Assembly: GCA_965153455.1 (NCBI GenBank)
Contig: OZ234493.1
Span: 8,484,213 to 8,548,212, forward strand
Direction: 5' to 3'
DNA length: 64,000 nt
Origin: Sphagnum compactum
Taxonomy: Eukaryota
A program made the position numbers and the translations under genes. Positions 51,301-64,000 of this stretch are shown here, piece by piece. The notes beneath the pieces are model-generated. The model was not told the DNA's origin. It did not search any database and was given only the letters and a program-made list of their open reading frames with translations. The stretch's first letter is position 1. Every line of letters starts with the position of its first letter.

Positions 51301-52755
51301 CAAATCCATATTCTGGCAACTCAAAATGTACTGGATTTCTTGTTTCAAGTGACATATAGCAACTTGACCTACATGTCACTTCAGTGAACATTTTCCAGCA
51401 AAGTTGCAAACACCACACAAACACTGAAATCAATCCAGAAACTTAACTGAACATGTGAATTTCTTTCTAAAGAATACAAAAATTTGTCCAATTTCAAGAA
51501 AAAAAACAAACTATATCACAGTGGTTCGTCTCACAGATGATCTTGAGAAATCCTTAAAATCCACAGGTGTGATAGTTGTGCATGACATTGACATACATCA
51601 TGAAAAGGGAGCACCCAGCATGTGTGATGCACATCCTCTAATTACTGCAACAAGAAGGACCCATGTCTTTCTTGAAAAAACCATGTGTAAAAAGCTCTAG
51701 AATCACACCAAACATGCTGAATCCACAAAGCAGCAAACACAGCACACATTCCTGTTTTTGTCAACAGAATATTAGTGCCAAGGACATGCCTGGGTCGTAA
51801 TGGTTATTAGCAACCCAACGAAGAAGGTGATCTTCTTCTTGTAGAATGCCTTCACGATGGTCACAATGCCAATGGCATAAGCACCACCCGCCCCAGCATT
51901 AGCAAAGATGGTGATCAAAACGTGCTCCTTGATGTTGAAGGGTCCGGGATTCATGGTCCACTGCCACTTGGTAAAGGGAACCGTAAACTTGGTGGTGGGA
52001 AGAACCGCTGCCATGAGGCGGCCGAGTGGCAGAGCCGCAATCTGAGCGGAGATTGCCGTGACTGTGAGAGGCTCCGTTCTATAGGAGAAGAATTGATTGA
52101 GGAATGCCAGAATCAAGCACGAGAGAACCCCGAGTGTCCACATGCGGAATGTGTACACAGGAGTAGTTGGATCATCGGTGGTGGCCACCGTGAGTGCCAC
52201 TTCCTCAATAGGAGATTGATCATCCACTTGTAGCCGCTCTTCTCCATGCTTCTTCTTCAGCTTTGCATCATCAATATAAGCATATGCTCCAGTGTCTGTG
52301 TGGCCACCAAAACACTACATATCAAAGAGAAACAGAGAGCATCATCCCTCTCAGCAGCAAAGCCTTTACTAATCAGGAACAAAGGTCCAAGTCTTGAGAA
52401 GAACAAAAGAGGAGAGAAACCAGCGCCGGGAACTACTACTTTGATCATCTGTTGCGAGTCTCTGTTGTAGTAGCAGTGAGCACAAAGGAGGTTAGAATAA
52501 GCAAACGCGTCTACACTTCACCGGATCGTCCTCTCTCATGGATCGTCCTCAGCCTGCCGCTCGATGATAGCGAGCGCGGCTTTTCCGCCATGTATCCTGG
52601 TTCCTCACAGGAGCAAATGTCCAACAAAACGTCGTCGTTATGACTACATCTGCGATTTCCTTCGACTCTTAGGAATCCAGCACACATGCTATCTGACTTC
52701 TGCATGTTATGCTGGACTTCCATCCGCCGTCAGTTACAATCCTATGTCGGATACT

Positions 52756-52790
<35 letters not shown>

Positions 52791-53119
52791 TACTCCAGGA
52801 GTGTTCGCAGACACTGCGACCGATAACCGCTCCCTGTTTTCCCCCTAATTTTACAACCAGCACTATTACCACAAAAGAAAACGCACGCGCAGGCACGCAC
52901 ATGGCATCAAGAGTGGTGGAAGATTTCTTGATTATCTTTTTGTTGCCAATAAAGGGAAATCAACCAGCACGCTGAATGTAGATACATACCTACAAGAGTC
53001 ATGGGAATACCGTCATGATCATGAACCTCGACATCGTGAACAACTTGCAAAAGAACTCCAGATGCCTCCGGACTCATGATACTAGGAGGCGGAGGCGGCT
53101 CCTCTTGATGCGGGGCCAT
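48396..53119 (-). CDS. OPT: Oligopeptide transporter, OPT family PT clade (AtOPT4/OPT7-like), ~784-809 aa
   Basis: Exons (minus): 53119-52990, [52596-52522 optional], 52295-51790, 51181-51084, 50920-50351, 50144-49892, 49554-49415, 49199-49157, 49010-48396. Signature motifs [27 protein letters not shown] and DFKLGHYMKIPP; C-terminal [24 protein letters not shown]. The N-terminal exons are less certain than the core. Confidence 0.93.
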
Positions 53120-56100
53120 GATTCCCGCAAATTCCTCCGAGAACACCAAATTATGCATGCATGCAGCGGAGGAGGAACCCCGGGACCGAGTTTCTTTTGT
53201 GTCTTCCTAAATATTATTAACCCTCTCACCCGCCGTCCCTCACACCAACGTTGCTGTTTGTGTTGTAACTTGTAAGCCACTCTTCTGGAGTCTCGTCTCA
53301 CCCCTCAGGTGTATACTCTGATTCTTTCTCTTGCAATTCTCCAAATTATCGGATGATCAATCCAAATCCGCCTTACAACAAACCCCAAACCTCATATGGA
53401 CCTCCTCTTCTGCTGCTATTCCGCTTACAACAATCTCCTAAACACCACTATAAGACTTCAACAATTCGACGCCGACCAAAGTAAAACACACACACACACG
53501 AAGCTCTTGAAAATAGGTACATGGCCACAGCTGCTGCATGTAAGCGAAATAAAATTAGGAAAAAACAAAATCATCATCAACAACAACAACAACAACAACA
53601 ACAACCCATCATTTTATCTAATTAGCATTATCCCTCGTACACTACCTACTCGAGATCCTCCTTCTAATTATACCACTGAAGTCGCTAAGTCCATAATCAA
53701 CAACTTAATCATATTTTTTACTACTTTCTTCTGAGGTTTATGCACAAATGCGAATCACAACACGCATGAACTCATGCACCACGTACCTCCTCCTTACACG
53801 TAAAGCAAACTCTCCCTCTCTCTCTCTCTCTCTCGCTCGCTCGCGACGCTCAATAACAAGCATTTTATCACAATGGGTCTAGTACTAGTAGTAGTAGTTA
53901 TTGCTCTTCTGCAATCGATTGATCATGATCTCTCAGCGTCCTTGTAAGAAGATTCTGAACCAAGCTTTGACAGGATCAGCAGATTACTACTCGACCTAAT
54001 TACTGAAAAAATTGTTGCTTGGGGCTGTATTTTTTTGGGACATTTGCAACATGATTCTTCCCAAAAAAGAATTCCAAGAGCAAGAGAGTACACTCACTGA
54101 CAAAAAAACAAAAACAAAAAACAAAAAATTTGCTTGGAAATTCTGTCATTCTGCAAAACTGCCTTACATTCAATCATTCTTCCCAATATCTCAAGTACAG
54201 GATCATAGAGAGTAATTACCTAAAATTTAATTACAATTTTTTTTTTGGGTTGAAGCTTGATATTGTTCTGTCATTTGCATACCTCCTTATATAAGAGAAT
54301 TCTTCCCTCAAGTTTTAATTAAGGATCAATGAGAGTACTACTCACTTGAAAAATGTTTGTTGCTTGCAAGCCTCCGTTATAAGACTCTCCCATATTCTTG
54401 TAGGAAAGTTTAAGAGAGAGTGCTCATTACTGATCAAATTGTTTGGCTTGGTACTAAATTTGTGCGCTTTTTGTGCAGTTGCTTACATTGTTGTTGTTAT
54501 TGCACAACATTTTGGGATTCCCGGAAGCAAAATTAAGAAAAATTACAATTGGACTAATTCAATCTTCATGTAGCTCAAGTACCAATATATAAACTTGATT
54601 TGATTTTTGAGCTAGGGACTAGAGGATTGAACAGAAAATGCATTGAAATAGTTGTTTCCACACTAAATAGTTTAGGTTTTTTGAAGCATATGTCAAGGTC
54701 TTTTTACATGGCTTCGATGGAGAACAGTTTTCACATTGGAGGGTTCAAGGTTTTTGATGGGTTTGGTGAGGTCTTTGTACATTGCTTGAAGGGAAAACCA
54801 GATTTTGGTAGGTTGGTTTTACAATGGTTGTGTTGGGGAGGCTTCTTTAGAGAAGGTTTAGACACATATGGCGTAAATGCCATATGTGCCATTACCTAAT
54901 GTCAAATTGTCATCTTAATGTACTATACACCACAATGAACAACACATATTATACATTGTAATGGATGAAACGACAAAGTGTATCTCACACACGTGTCATG
55001 AGTTGTGGCCTTTTGTGTGAGAAAAACCACATTCTCTTGCAATCAAGCTTTGTGAGTATTGCAAGGAACAAGTATGGAAGAGGGGTTGCATGAGGTCTTT
55101 AAGGTTTTTGTTTTGGAGAACCACAAAGGGAAGGTAGTGGAGGTGTATGGGTAGTGCATTGTTGTTGTTTGCTTTGTCATTGTCAAGCGTATGGGGTTTT
55201 TTTCATGGAGACATTGTGTTCACATGTTTTCAATCTGCTATGACCTTTTGGCATCGACTATCTATAGCAAGAAAGAGTTGCAAAGTTTTAGGTTTTTGTG
55301 TTGGTGAAGTTGTTTGAACATTTTTCATTGTGAAATTTGTAGAGCTTGGAGAATGTGTCTTTCATTGTGTATTGTTGAAGGAAGTGATTTATTTCAAGGT
55401 TTTTTTGGTGATGTAGGGATATTTTTTTAATGTTGAATATCCATCCTAAAAAGAGAACAAATTCGTGACGATGAATTTTCATCGAAAATGGTTTAGGTAG
55501 GACAAGAATAGGTTTACATAGTATTTCGTCCTACCATGTTCCTTCCCATAATATGCTAAAATGAATTATTCTAAATCAAAATCTGTTATATAACTACCTA
55601 GAATGACATATTTATATAACAACCTTTTCTATGGTTGCAATCTCTTGGATTTTTTGTTTTTTATTTTTATTTTTGTTGCATGCATCTTTTGAAATCTTTT
55701 TATTTTCTTTCTATTGGAAGCTTGCTATTCTATTTTATTTTATTTTTGACAACACTCATGGCCTTTCTTTTCAATTTTAGTTGTATAGTGTAAAAGATGA
55801 AAACACATTTTATTTTTAAACATTTTGATAAATCATTTTTTATTTTTTGTTTATTGTAATTTTGTTAACATAATCACAATTTCAAATATGCATAGAAGTT
55901 TATTGTCACTAGTGGTCCATAACAACGCAGAACCCAAGTATATTTTATACCTAATTGTTAAGAGTGAGAAGCAAATTATGATTACCAATAGGTGCCAGAC
56001 CTTCCCACTCTTAAAGAATAGGTGTAAAAAAATTTCCCCCTTTCAAATCTATGCATGTTTAGATTCATAATAACTTTCACCTTTTGTATTACATATGAGG

Positions 56101-57559
56101 TAAGGCATGTTCTTAATGGCTTCCACTAATTTGAAAGTTGAATCTTTGAGTTCCATACCCTACGGGTGTGTAGGCCAAAAACTTAGGGAAGGCACATGGG
56201 AACACGTTTTTTGAAATGTAAAGTATGACGAGTTTTTTCAAATGTGAAGTATGAAAAGCTTTTTTTTCAAATCGCAAAAGATATACATGCAAGAAGGGAA
56301 TGTTGTTTTAATTGACGATCAAATATTTGGTGAAGAAGGTGTGTTCAATTAGAAAGTGAAAACCAAATGGAATGTCTTATGATAGGTATATTTCACAAAT
56401 GAAAGAACATTCTTTTTAAATGCAAGTTCAAATTTAGTTATCATCTTCTTTCAAGCCCTTATTTTGAAAATGTCCCCAACTGAACTTTTACCTTAGATTT
56501 TTTTTTAATTGATTTTGTAACTTAAAAATGAAATGATAGAAGATACGTATTTAATTAAAAATAATTTATTTCAAAAAATATTTGTTATTATATTTTGTGA
56601 TGGGCAAACCCATCCTTTGGGTGGTACTATTACGAACCACCTCAAGGAATAATTAAAGAACAAAAAAAAGTCAAATCATTTTTTTAGGCCCTTTTTTTAA
56701 ATTGTTTTCACAGCTATACATTTTTATTTTTTTCATGTTTATCCATTGCATGCTTTAATAAATGTCTTGAAGTTTATTTGGAATAATAAAAACTGAAATT
56801 TTTAAAATTTTATATTCCAAATTAAAATGGCCCCTTACAAAATCAACAGCTTCAACTTTGAAATTTTATAACTAAATTATATTCAATCAATTAATTTGCA
56901 AATAAAAATTCAAAAATAGAATGACTTCCAAGTTACCTTAGGAAGAAAATTCACAAGAAAATTTTCAAATCATGTTTCAAATTTGTGTTTCTAACCAAAA
57001 AGTTCAAGGAAAAAAAACCAACATTATGTTTTTGAAACTTCTTTTAAATGCAATGATTAGGAACATCAAAATACACAATATTATTGATATTATTGAGATT
57101 TCAAAATCTATGGAACCTAATAAATGTATTCAAAAAAAATTATGAACATGTTTATTTAGGTGTTTCCTATGATTTTTCAAAATTCAATGGATCCAAAAAA
57201 ATTAAGGTGTGATGTTCTTAGCGGTACCATTCAAGGATGGGCTGCCCTGACCTTTTCCACACTCTTTCTAAATTTTTTAATTTCTTATAATTTTGGAAGG
57301 AATTCAACCATTTCATTTCATGAACTTATTTTAAGAACTAAGTTGGTTCAATCCCATGTGATGTTGATTATTAAAAGAAATTTTTTTAAAATAAAATGCA
57401 AAAAAATAAATTGAAACAAATGTGCATGGGATATGGACATTTACCAACTCATTGAGAAGTGAAAAAAAAGGATATGGTCCCATGCATCATTAGAAGTAGA
57501 CAACTTAACTAACCATTACATTTAGTCATTAAAGTTGACACCTCAAGAATCCCATTTAT

Positions 57560-59200
57560 GGCAAAACTTCTCCTCATTAAAAAGTAAAATAGATTGTTTA
57601 TCGACATTCATGTTCATCAACATTGAAATAGCCAACCACATCCAACATTATATCATTTTCATCAATGATACCCATCTCTTTTATAAAAAATTAATCAATG
57701 GACTACCCTTCTCATGGGCAATATATTATTGCATTAGTTAACCAAATCTTCATAATCATTACAAGCTTATCCAAATTATCAACTCCTAACCCACAACACC
57801 ATATGTTTGACAACACTTTAACTATGCTTAAGATTATTTAATTTTGATTTGGGACCCAAAAATCTTGAAAATTTGTCAAACCACCAAAAAAATGTTTAGA
57901 AATTGTGCTTCGTGGGGCTTCCACAAGTCAAGGGTAACATAGAATCTTCAAGCTTCACATATAAATGGTGGAATGAAAACAATTGATTTTTCAACAACCC
58001 TTGCAAAGTGGCCTCATTTGAAATCACTACCCAAAAACGGAATTGTGATTGTCATCAACTATTGTTGGTTTAATAAGACCATCAATGTTGAGATTCAAGA
58101 ATTGAAATGCAATGTCCAATAATGGCATCAAAGTCTTGCTATCATATTATATCACCATTGTGTGGCCTTCAAATTGACCTTCAAAAAACCAACACAAACA
58201 TTGGTATTATTGTTAGTTTGCATATTGGCATGTTTTGTTGAAAATGTGATGTTTGTCAAGGAACTCTAAGTGCCAAAAGAGCATATCTAACCACTAAAAT
58301 AAGAGTTTGTGCAAAATTGGACATATTGCAGACCTCATCCTTCACATAGGCAATACGTACATTGCCATTGCAAATCCAATCATATCAATGGCTTCAAAAA
58401 GTCCCACTATCACATGACAAGGTGCCCACTATGAGTTTATGAAATTAATCACAAAAGCAAATGTGTCATGTCCAAATCTGGACATCCATAAGTCAAAAGA
58501 AGTTGTAACACAGGAATCCAAAGCTGACATCACCTATTATTCCATGGTTTTGGCCACCAATGAAAGGATGACATGTGAAACCATTTGCATTTGATTTGGG
58601 AACACAACTTGAGGATTTTGACACATGACCAAGTGCCTTAACCATTAATTCCTCACAATAGAAATAGGTATGTAAGTTTTCGCAACAAATAAATGATTTG
58701 TGATGGCCCCATAACCAACACAAAATCTTTTTTTGGATTTTTCTCAACATTATTCCTCGGCAACAAGAATTGAATTAACATTCTTCCATTTACACCAAGC
58801 AATTGGATGGTCAACCAGAATATGTTTCTTCATAGAAATAATCCAAAATTGTATGAAATCCTACCTTCCTCTTTTGGTGGTACTGCTAGAATTATAAGTC
58901 TAGGAAACATAATGGCAAATCACAAAATGCATGTTTTGAGGCATAACATGATCTAGCTTACTACCATCATTCACCACATAAAAATATTAAGGAGAGACAA
59001 CTTGTGGCAAGGTACCCATGCCTTTTAATTCAAGGTCAATTGAATTTTCAACCCTCCCATATAATTTATGCTTCCACATCCAAGTTGCTCAAGGTTACAA
59101 TGCTTTCAAAAGTAAATGGTTTGCTTGACATTAAAATTGAACCAATCATTAGCCCTAAAACCTCAACTAAATTCCTCATTTCCAAGTTATTAGCATCATC
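57560..59200 (-). mobile_element. Decayed hAT transposase
   Basis: Minus-strand FDLWMSRFGHDTFAFVINFINS*WAPCHVIVGLFE (first catalytic D), IAYVKDE (second D), and a GSQI-like C-terminal dimerisation remnant near 57850. Confidence 0.75.
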
Positions 59201-60087
59201 ATAATCTTGCTATGGGTCTTCATTTAAATTGAATGTTCAATCTCTCCCATTTGCACTCTATTTTCGTGCCAAAAAATTTATAATTTAACTCCAAAAATGA
59301 TTGGAAACTTGTTGATCACAAATAGAGACAAACAAAGTGAGTGATTATGGTTCTTGGTGCAATAGGTCAAGTTCACTTTAAAATTATGTAGCAATTTGGT
59401 TTTGAAAACTATGACCTCAAGAATCAAGACCTTCTAACTAAAAGTCTAATGCAAAAATAAGATTTTGATTTCCAAGCACAAAAGTAGGTTTAATAGGAAC
59501 AAGGTTTTGATTCAAGAGCATTTCAAGACTCTCAAGATTGACAAAAATTTCAAACATCCAAATAGATTCCCTTTTAGCAAACACATTGTGAAAAAACCAC
59601 ATAAGCACTCTAGATTTCAAGCAATATGAATACAAAATTGATTTTAAGTCTTCTAAGCAACAAAATTATGGCATTTAACTCTTAACTCCAAGCTTCACAA
59701 AAAATAAGAAACTGGAGATCCTCAAGCATGTCTATCAACTATGAATTTATAACTTGCTATTAAATTGTGTGAAGATCAGTTTGACTCTTGAGAGTTGAAA
59801 GAATGCATTGAAACCAAATTGCATATTCCTGGTACACAATAACAATTCACACTTTTAAAAATTCAACTAACACTCGCAATAACATTGAAGGGAATCACAA
59901 ATAATGATTACAAATGACTTTTGAAGAGGTAAAGCCTTGAAGGAATTTGTCCTAACAAAAAACAAAAGATCAATATCCAGCCTACACTAGTCACAACCCC
60001 AAATTTGACTTCGCATTGTGGTAAAATTTCACACATAAAATAATGATAGACCACTTTGACTGGCCCTTCACAAAAATTTAACGATAT

Positions 60088-60430
60088 CATATTGTGAAAA
60101 TGCTCCCTTTTGCTCATTTGCTAACAGTCCAAGAGCACACTTTTGAACAAAGGACAAGTGACACATTGTATCGTGAAAATACTTCCTTTTGCTCATCTGC
60201 TTACAGTACAAGAGCACACTTTTGAACTACAGATATGTGACACATTGCAGTGCTATTGGGGAACATCATGCATGTGTGTTCTTGGGTGCATCTTGGGGTG
60301 TGCATTGCTCCATCTCCCTCGCTTGAGTGCAATTTCCATTCTCAACCTTGTTCATCACCATTTTTGGCTTAGGCTTTCACAAGTGCTTGAATGTCATCAT
60401 TTTTGGCTTAGGCTTTTACAAGCACTAAAA
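60088..60430. repeat. Two short local tandem duplications downstream of the RBM39-like gene
   Basis: GTGAAAAT.CT.C.TTTGCTCAT.TGCT.ACAGT.CAAGAGCACACTTTTGAAC twice (~60090 and ~60170); CATTTTTGGCTTAGGCTTT twice (~60359 and ~60398). Confidence 0.8.
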
Positions 60431-61042
60431 GCTTTGAACTTGAAACCTTCAATAAATACATTCCAGTGACTCAAGAAATAAGTAGCCTGAACTCCATTCA
60501 TCACTGGGGTTTCAGAGTTCTGGATATCATATCCTGCATTATGTGTTCGATCTTCTGTGCTCCAACCCTCAGGCTCCATAGTACGAACAAGACAGTCAGC
60601 TAGCTTTCCGTCTGCTGTGCTAAAATACAACTGCTGTATACTCATCTTTCAATAAACACAAGAAATGACTATACATATGGATCTCTCAAAAAACATAAAC
60701 AAACATAGTCAACAGACAGTGATGACACCAGAGAAATAGCAAGAATGCTCTTTGTCAAAAAGCCAGAAGACAGCTAATTGATCTCAACCAGAAATTAAAC
60801 TGCAATAGATGATACTGAAAAGCTGAGCCACTGAAATTTGCAAGGCTTTTTGTACCACAGTACATAACTTTGACATTGAGAAAAGGCCCTTAAAACAAAT
60901 GATCATCCAAATCTTCTTCAGTTGTAAACATCTAAGACACTGATCACTTAAAAGAACTTTAAAAAAACATGAGCAAAATGTGCAGGACCACTCCAGCATC
61001 CTATGTTCTTTCCTTGCCTTTCGAGTCCCTGACACTCCTTGA

Positions 61043-63627
61043 TTAAGTCGCTAATTTGCTTTCAGGGAACTTATTCTCGTAGGCAGGCGCAGTCTGCACA
61101 TACCAGTAGTTTTCTGTCAGTTCAAGAGAGTTCAGAAGAGTGACTTGGAAGTGCTGGAAGACATAATTGGCTACAATACAATCCAACACCAGGGTCACAG
61201 CTTTCACCAGATAGGAACACAGATAAACATCACAGAGCGGATGATGGATAACCATGTAAGTAGTGGTGATCATCTTCCCAGCAAACCAGCGACCGTGCAA
61301 CGCTCGTTGGGCACTCATAGCCGCAGCAATTGTGTCAAATCGTAGATAAACATGTCCCGCGCTGTTCCTGAAAACAAGAGACACTCAAACAGACAAGCTT
61401 TTGTCAAGATGGCAAGGATAATAGCATAATGCACCCCATAAGACAAGAGTTTGAATGTCTGAGAGTGAAGAGAGAATACAGCCCTCATAACATTAGTCCT
61501 CAGCTTATATCTACAGGCCCTGCTCACTAGATAGCTTGCTACTGAATCCTGGAGTGGAAGATATCACCCTGCAAAAGATGAACATTGTCTGCACAATCAA
61601 TAACGGAAAACCTGTGAAAAGATGACCTTTGGGCTGTTCCAAACACACCACCTGCACTGACTTGGACATGTGGCAACCATTGCCAGAAAAATCTCTCTCT
61701 AAAAGGATATCAACAGAAGAACCTTCTGTGTGAAAGAAACTCCAAACAAGGTCAACTTTCTGACTTTCTGGTCTACTTATATCGCCTCACTCTGATACTG
61801 TTTCCTTCTTTTCAACCCCTCCCAAGAAACATACCTGACCAAGATCATGAATTCATAAATAGCTTAGTAAGTAGAATCCTCCAGACCACTTTAATGTTGC
61901 AAGACTGGGCTTCATATCTAAGGGTCAAAAGAAGAAAATTTCTCTTCTAGTGACCTGCCTTTGCAAAGCTTCTATAGAGCTCTGCAAAAAGAAGTCAATG
62001 AGAAGGCCCAAGCATTGTCCAAACCCTTCAGCATGACAGGCTTGTTAATCACCCAGGATTACACTGTCAACTGAGTGAAAAGTGAGTTTGACAGGGTTGA
62101 TATATGGATGCATACAACAAACGAACAACAACAGTCAGGCAGGACTGGCTCATTTATCCCTCAAGAAACACAGCAAACCAGGTTTTCATAGCAAGAATCT
62201 CAAGGGCAGGGCCATGTTGCAAGGGCGCAATCTCTGTAGTCGTGCCGAGCCTGATGCACACTCTTCAGCTACACATCCAGAGTTCCTGGAATAGTCCAAT
62301 CATATGTTCATGATTAGCATGCCTTATGTACGGCTTAGTTGTTTAGCTGCTATGTCAAACTTCCACCATCTACTGATGCCCTCTTCCTGCCGATCTTCAC
62401 ATATTGAGGGGTTGAGACCAAGATAAGACAATGCAATGCAACCTTTGTAGGTAACCCCCTTACTTGTCCACAAATATGTGTTTCACCACACCAAACTTTG
62501 AGCATTCCTCGTGTACATCTTCCTTGATGTCTAGATCAAAGTCAGGTTCCGTCTGCACAATAAAAACCCACAGCATTACGTCTTGCCTGCAGTGGTCACA
62601 TGCAAACTACAGATGATACAATCATCACTGAAATCAACCTCTGCAGGCACTATTTCATAGAGTTCTTCTTGCAATGAGAAGTAATGACACCCTGGAAAAA
62701 ATCAGGTGATGTCTGCATCTGCAAGATTCTTGAACGTTCTGCATTGATGTGACTGGAGTGAACAGAATATAACTCAACAGACTCTTCTACATGAACCATC
62801 AAAAACACACCTCAGTGCTAGGATCAAACATGTTCTTGAGCAGAAGAAATTCACTGGCAGGCCCAATTGGTTCCACAGCAGCAGGAATGGCAGGGCCACC
62901 AAGACTGGGGTTGAGCGCTGGACTTAAACTGAGAGAAGCCAAAGCTAAGGGATTCTGGCCAAGTAAAGGTGCTGCCACTAGTGGAGCCACTGCAGCAGGA
63001 ACCGCCATGCTCAGCAGGTTGGTTGCTGGAGCTGTTATTGCAGGCACACTTGCTACAGCACCACTGCAAACACAAGCAAAAACTTCTGTGGTGAAAGAAA
63101 CTGGAATAGAGCAACTTGTTCATCAAACAAACTCATGTTAAAGAATTTAAACCCTACGCCCATTTAACATCCAAAACCACACAAAGAGTATTACTAACAA
63201 CTAAAGATCCCATGTGCAAACAGGCTATTTAAGGCTGCACTGAAACCCAACGGCCTTGCTGGTCACAAATCCAATGTACAACCAAAGACTGTGGAATATT
63301 CCAAATCTCCCGAACTAGTCATTAGAACCAAAGTGCATGACGCTGGTCAAGATTACCTGGTTGTGCTTCCACTTCGATCAAGCTTTTGCATGAGTAATGC
63401 CCTTGAGCGTGCATTGAGGGACTGCAAAAACAACAACAATACCACAATTACATTTTTGTAGAAATGAATCAAGTTGCTTCCGAAACCAGTAGAAACCCTA
63501 GAGGCTTGAAGCAGGAAATGACAAATGAAGTTTGTTCTCATACAAGGCCCCCTCCTTCGTCGTCATCAAGCTCGCCAGGATTGACTCCAATGTCTTCCAT
63601 TCCAAGTTGGTCAGAAACAGCTGAAAC
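61043..63627 (-). CDS. RBM39: RBM39/CC1-like (CAPER) splicing factor, 3' part (linker + UHM/RRM3); the 5' part lies beyond the window
   Basis: Exons (minus): 63627-63544, 63421-63357, 63063-62811, 62552-62464, 61367-61253, 61093-61043. They give ELDDDEGGGLSLNARSRALLMQKLDR, LLLKNMFDPSTETEPDFDLDIKEDVHEECSKFG.VKHIFVDK and GHVYLRF..ALHGRWFAGKMI. Confidence 0.92.
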
Positions 63628-64000
63628 CTGCACAAATCAAGGACAATAATCTGTCCATAAGAACACTAGACTGTCACTAATTCTCAGATTCTCAAACCTT
63701 GAGACCAAGACAGGGCACCCAATCCAAGTTTAGCTTGGTCATACATATGTCTGAAATTGCAGAGGAAACTCCAGAGAGGAAACTGCACAGAGGAAGGTAG
63801 CATGCCAAGAATGAGTGTGGTCTTAGGCTTATGAGTGTCACTCACAAATCATCTGACCACCACCTTTATCATGAATAGAATTGAGGAGCTGCCATGACTC
63901 CCAACTGACTTCATCAGCCCTCAAGTTGGGTAAATAGGTATACAATAATCTACCCAAACTTTCAGGTAACTCACTATACAAGCATTTGTGTTCTGATTTT

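Noticed and set aside
54346-55480. hAT C-terminal fragment (GIPGSKI) and adjacent decayed ORFs
   Set aside because: A single short motif is too weak to call.

Overview
Eukaryotic, intron-rich land-plant DNA. A bryophyte such as a peat moss is my inference from gene content and repeat style; the sequence does not prove it. Four spliced genes sit in GC-richer blocks: a RUN-PX-Rubicon-homology protein (-, ~1319 aa), a double B-box BBX18/19-type factor (+, ~237 aa), an OPT oligopeptide transporter (-, ~784-809 aa) and the 3' part of an RBM39/CC1-like splicing factor (-). Between them are AT-rich islands of decayed transposons: endonuclease-bearing Helitrons, CRE-like RLE retrotransposons, an L1/Tx1-type LINE with nested CACTA-type inserts, and hAT remnants. 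Main findings: (1) a ~0.45-kb conserved non-coding element, built on TGAGTTT motifs and a hairpin, occurs three times at gene/transposon borders and brackets the 24-35 kb island in inverted orientation ahead of two divergent genes; (2) a ~1.33-kb inversion (~24344-25669) whose reversal restores both a Helitron and a CRE reading frame; (3) a candidate poison exon in the RBM39-like gene; (4) two GC-AG introns and a G-quadruplex-like 3' splice site. All exon coordinates are manual predictions.
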